The notes under the pieces were generated by a model. It saw only the letters and a list, made by a program, of their open reading frames with translations, searched no databases and was not told the origin of the DNA. The position numbers and the translations under genes were made by a program. This document shows, piece by piece, positions 60,635-64,000 of a stretch of 64,000 nt of DNA; the first letter of the stretch is position 1, and every line of letters starts with the position of its first letter. Source of the DNA: Giardia intestinalis (taxonomy: Eukaryota); assembly GCA_000002435.2 (NCBI GenBank), contig CM018790.1; one strand, given 5' to 3'.

Positions 60635-61820
60635 TGAGCCTGGGACACAAAGATGGAAAGCTGCCGCTACCCTACGGGTCAAGAATGACCAGCCTAATTT
60701 TACTTTTGGGCACCAGGCTAACACACTGCGCGAGCTCAAGTTTTCTATTCCCTCTAGCAGCGTCTACGTGGCAAATGACGCAACGGCCTACTCAGTGACA
60801 AGAGATTTGGTCGACTCTTATTCAACCATGGTCGATATTGAAACGGCCATTAAATCAAGATACAGGCTGCGTCTAGAACGCATTTTGGCCAAGTGCAAAA
60901 AGATCTGTATAAATCCTGACGATTATGAATTCCAGATCGCCATTGTGAACGGCCAGGCCATCTATACCCTAATTGAGCGACGGAAACAAATTGTCAAGAC
61001 AACGGTCCGTGATCAAGTATTTAAGACCCCAGAAAGAAAGCAGTATGCCAAAAAGCCAACTACAAGGTTAAAGCATCCACTATTGCAAACATCACCTGTT
61101 GAGGTCAACCCGCCTGATTACGCTTTGTCAGTTAACGCTCTGGACCCACGCGATTTGCAATGTGACTTGCCACGTGAACCTAGTGCATCTGGATCTCGGA
61201 GGCGCTCCAGCACCGTTACTTACCGAATGCATCTGGCCGAAGCATCCGAGAGCGAGTTGATGTATGAGGCAGCTCCTTGCCCTAGATGCAATAGTCCAGC
61301 ATTCAGGCTTTCGCCTGCAGATTCACCACTTGGTGCGCCTACTAGTAACGAGGGCGACGACATAGTTCGGCATCTCGATGCTCTCGACGTCACCCTTCCT
61401 TCATTATGGTTTACAACAGTACACAGTTCTAAATTGCCCCGTACCAGCTTTTCACTCTCTGCAGCTGAATGTGAAGATATCAATGAAGAAGTAGAAGGCC
61501 TGCTAAGCGACCAGTGTAGTGCCTCACAGTCCCCTACTATGTTTTCCCAACCCAGAAAGCCCAGTAATCTGAATAACCCTATCAAACGGCCAGCAGATCC
61601 ATCTGCAATCACAATTTACAAGGATCGTCAGCATCAGTTCCACGTCTACGGTAATGACAGGTCCTCCTCGTGCCATCCACGAAGAGTTACGGCCTCTTTG
61701 AGTAAGGTCTTCCCGCAAGCCATCTTCCCACCGCCGGGTCCTTACAGTCCGCCAGTGCAAACATCACTGAAAAAGAAAGTTGAAGGATCTGGGCTGAGAG
61801 TGCTACCTATGCGTTCCTGA
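60594..61820 (+). CDS. hypothetical S/P-rich protein
   Basis: The ATG at 60594 would overlap the divergent NEK 5' end by ~40 nt. A later ATG near 60828 (MVDIETAIK..) would avoid the overlap. No known domain. Confidence 0.4.
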   Translation: MTLYVLLIRFLSYIEPGTQRWKAAATLRVKNDQPNFTFGHQANTLRELKFSIPSSSVYVANDATAYSVTRDLVDSYSTMVDIETAIKSRYRLRLERILAKCKKICINPDDYEFQIAIVNGQAIYTLIERRKQIVKTTVRDQVFKTPERKQYAKKPTTRLKHPLLQTSPVEVNPPDYALSVNALDPRDLQCDLPREPSASGSRRRSSTVTYRMHLAEASESELMYEAAPCPRCNSPAFRLSPADSPLGAPTSNEGDDIVRHLDALDVTLPSLWFTTVHSSKLPRTSFSLSAAECEDINEEVEGLLSDQCSASQSPTMFSQPRKPSNLNNPIKRPADPSAITIYKDRQHQFHVYGNDRSSSCHPRRVTASLSKVFPQAIFPPPGPYSPPVQTSLKKKVEGSGLRVLPMRS

Positions 61821-61845
61821 ATTCAGCAGAGGTCCACCTAGCGCA

Positions 61846-62211
61846 TCAGGTTCTTAGTGCTTTTCTTGATCTTGTTAACTCTGCACTTAATATTGGTGCC
61901 ATAACGCGTGTCATTTGACTGATCGAACCAGAGACGTGAACAATTCTGAGATTCTTGGCACCTCGAACAACCATTTGTGGAATAACAGCTCTAATACAGT
62001 CTCGAGTAAGGGATGTAGGACATCGAATGGTAGAAAAATTAAAGGCAGACAAGTGCATCCAAACAGACGCCATATAGGGCAGAAGCGCAGTAAGCCGAAT
62101 GTCTCCGCTGTTTAGTATTGCGGTGCGCAGGGCGTCGCCTATGTCTTCCTGAGTGATGCTATAATCGGCATCCCATCTGAGCCCGATGTAGCGGTGTTTG
62201 AACCGGACCAT
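61846..62211 (-). CDS. POP5: RNase P/MRP protein subunit POP5 homologue (internal ATG of the 61846..62292 ORF)
   Basis: From the internal Met the protein reads MVRFKHRYIGL.., matching the invariant POP5/Rpp14 N-terminus (human MVRFKHRYLLCEL). Length is ~121 aa, with conserved hydrophobic spacing. Confidence 0.55.
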   Translation of the reverse strand: MVRFKHRYIGLRWDADYSITQEDIGDALRTAILNSGDIRLTALLPYMASVWMHLSAFNFSTIRCPTSLTRDCIRAVIPQMVVRGAKNLRIVHVSGSISQMTRVMAPILSAELTRSRKALRT

Positions 62212-62243
62212 GCAAGATTCAGAAGTAAAAAAATTCGCCCCAG

Positions 62244-64000
62244 ATGTCTGCTTTGGATTTGTGGCGTTCTCAGACAATGAGGCTTGTTGCATTCACAGTC
62301 TCACGCGAGATAGCCCCGTCCGTTGTTGAGGAGATGATGGCTCTGGGATGTATGCACTTTGTTGATGCATGCTCGGACGTTTCTTTTTTTGATAGAGCCT
62401 ATACAGCTAACATTATGCAGCTGGCCACAACTGAGTCTAAACTCGACTACATCCGTGATCAATTCATCGCTCTTGAGATTCCCCTTCCAGAACAAGAAGA
62501 CAGGGTAGAGCTCATGCCGCTTGGAAACTTGGATGCAGAGCTAACAGCAACAATGAAGACTGTCAAGACTTTGTTGGATGAGTACCAGCAGCACTTAGCG
62601 GACCTCTCTGCAAATCTGACCTATAGCCAGGTCCTCGACATCGTCCGCAGAGAGTCTGCGTCTTCTGCGCAGAATAAGATGCTCAGAGACGTTTTAAGCG
62701 AAAATACTCATCTCATTGGTTCTTCACCGGATGACGAAGCCCAGGAGACAGACACAAGTGCTAACCTCTACTTTCTCGCATGCACTGTACCAGACAGTGT
62801 CACGCCCATGCTCCAGCGCCTTGCAACGCGAGCTACTCTTTCCAATTGCATGATAGAAGTGGTGGGAAAGATATCTACGCCAGATCTGGCGGCTCTTATT
62901 GGGGCCGATCAATCACCATCCAAGCCAGCATCCCCGAAGAAGGCAAAGCATAAGGCTGCAAAGGATCAGCAGGAGTATGACGTCGTGTTTGTGTATACGC
63001 CCGGCGTACAGCTGCAAAGCAAGGTGGGGTCTATCGTCACGTCTCTTTCTGGTACAATTCACATCTCTCAGGGTGTTCAAGGAGGGGGTGCGGTAGACAG
63101 TGTGCAGAGCCTCGATAGTGACGTTTCGAGAGTTCAGCAATCTATCGAAGATCATCGGACACTTCTACGCCTTTCAAAGCAGCGCATCACGACTATCTTA
63201 AACCAACTGGGTGCACAGCTCGAGGCCTACTACCGCCTAATACTGAAAGAGAAGGAGGTCATGGGTGTGCTGAACAAGCTGAGACCCTCCCTCGCCGATG
63301 CAAAAATATTAACAGGGATTGCTTGGATTCCTGAGCAAACCTTCTCGGACGTTACGCAAATTGTCGAGGCCTGCAATGAGCGCTATAAGGGCATGCTTCC
63401 CAGCTTTATAAAAGATCTGAATGCACTGAGTAAGACCAGGAAGAACGGGACATCCGTACTCATTAACACGGACGATCTTAGGCCAGCCACAGTAGATGCA
63501 TTGCATCATTCACCAAAGGAGCATCTGAGACAGCCACCGACATATTTTAAGACAGGAAAGTTCACAAAGGTGTTTCAGAACATTATTGAATCTTATGGCA
63601 TCCCCTCATACAAGGAGATCAACCCTGCCTTCTTCTACCTTTACCAGTTCCCCTTCACCTTTGCAGTGATGTATGGCGACATCGGGCATGGCATAATCTT
63701 AACTATTGTCTCTGCCCTCATGGTTGGCTATGAGAGGAGGTTGGGCAAGGTAAAAAATGATATGGTCAGTCTGATCTTTGCAGGCAGGTATATTATTCTG
63801 CTCATGAGCATCTTCAGCATCTTCACCGGCCTCATCTACAATGACATGTTTGCCCTGGCCTATGATTTTTTCCACAGCAGATACACCTTTAACCGATCTT
63901 CTACAACCCCAAATCTCTTCGAGAGTACGTATGATACCACCAAGTATTCATCTCCGGTCTATGCCTTTGGGATAGACCCGGCCTGGAGATGGAGTGACAA
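62244..64000 (+). CDS. V-type proton ATPase subunit a (116-kDa, Vph1/Stv1 family), 3'-partial (runs off the window)
   Basis: Not in the ORF track because it has no in-window stop. Translation from the ATG at 62244 gives MSALDLWRSQTMRLVAFTVSRE (matching the family N-terminus ..LFRSEEM.L.Q.....). Later ..PTYFKTGKFTKVFQNIIESYGIPSYKEINPAFFYLYQFPFTFAVMYGDIGHG.. is the hallmark subunit-a motif. Confidence 0.85.
   Translation, partial: MSALDLWRSQTMRLVAFTVSREIAPSVVEEMMALGCMHFVDACSDVSFFDRAYTANIMQLATTESKLDYIRDQFIALEIPLPEQEDRVELMPLGNLDAELTATMKTVKTLLDEYQQHLADLSANLTYSQVLDIVRRESASSAQNKMLRDVLSENTHLIGSSPDDEAQETDTSANLYFLACTVPDSVTPMLQRLATRATLSNCMIEVVGKISTPDLAALIGADQSPSKPASPKKAKHKAAKDQQEYDVVFVYTPGVQLQSKVGSIVTSLSGTIHISQGVQGGGAVDSVQSLDSDVSRVQQSIEDHRTLLRLSKQRITTILNQLGAQLEAYYRLILKEKEVMGVLNKLRPSLADAKILTGIAWIPEQTFSDVTQIVEACNERYKGMLPSFIKDLNALSKTRKNGTSVLINTDDLRPATVDALHHSPKEHLRQPPTYFKTGKFTKVFQNIIESYGIPSYKEINPAFFYLYQFPFTFAVMYGDIGHGIILTIVSALMVGYERRLGKVKNDMVSLIFAGRYIILLMSIFSIFTGLIYNDMFALAYDFFHSRYTFNRSSTTPNLFESTYDTTKYSSPVYAFGIDPAWRWSD

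Noticed and set aside
1-64000. Prokaryotic-style defence/CRISPR/operon systems
   Set aside because: Gene content (IFT, V-ATPase, proteasome, NEK kinases, RuvBL1, POP5), AGTAAA 3' signals and absence of Shine-Dalgarno/operon organisation indicate a eukaryotic (diplomonad-like) nuclear locus. No direct-repeat/spacer arrays were seen.

Overview
This 64-kb window reads as a gene-dense, intron-poor protist nuclear region, most consistent with a Giardia-like diplomonad. About 30 protein-coding genes sit on both strands. Gaps between genes are often tiny (1-50 nt), and AGTAAA-type polyadenylation signals fall at or just after stop codons. Ankyrin-repeat NEK kinases and a Protein 21.1-style ankyrin protein are present. 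Two convergent gene pairs overlap at their 3' ends. No prokaryotic defence, CRISPR or operon structure is visible. Genes I recognise with confidence: IFT121/WDR35, FAD synthase, thioredoxin reductase, RuvB-like 1, a proteasome beta subunit, an APE1-type AP endonuclease, a CDP-alcohol phosphatidyltransferase (PI synthase), an ABCA-like half ABC transporter, a Cet1/CYTH-like triphosphatase, POP5, V-ATPase subunit a (runs off the 3' edge), a cyst-wall-protein-like secreted LRR protein, two NEK kinases (one probably a pseudokinase), and one tRNA-Val(CAC). The items most worth follow-up: (1) a small GC-rich island holding a 186-aa Pax-/Tc1-like paired HTH ORF, then the tRNA-Val, both overlapped by a long antisense ORF that never reaches a stop; (2) a CCCH zinc-finger ORF ending 1 nt before the ATG of the ankyrin-repeat gene, suggesting a split or frameshifted fusion; (3) two unusually long (~0.7-0.8 kb) non-coding gaps that may carry ncRNAs; (4) a CWP-like 749-aa LRR protein about 3 kb from the Pax-like ORF; (5) a giant 3377-aa orphan protein. 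The ORF track allows GTG/TTG starts, so several listed starts are not ATG; I corrected those where I could. My own coordinates may be off by +/-1 in places.
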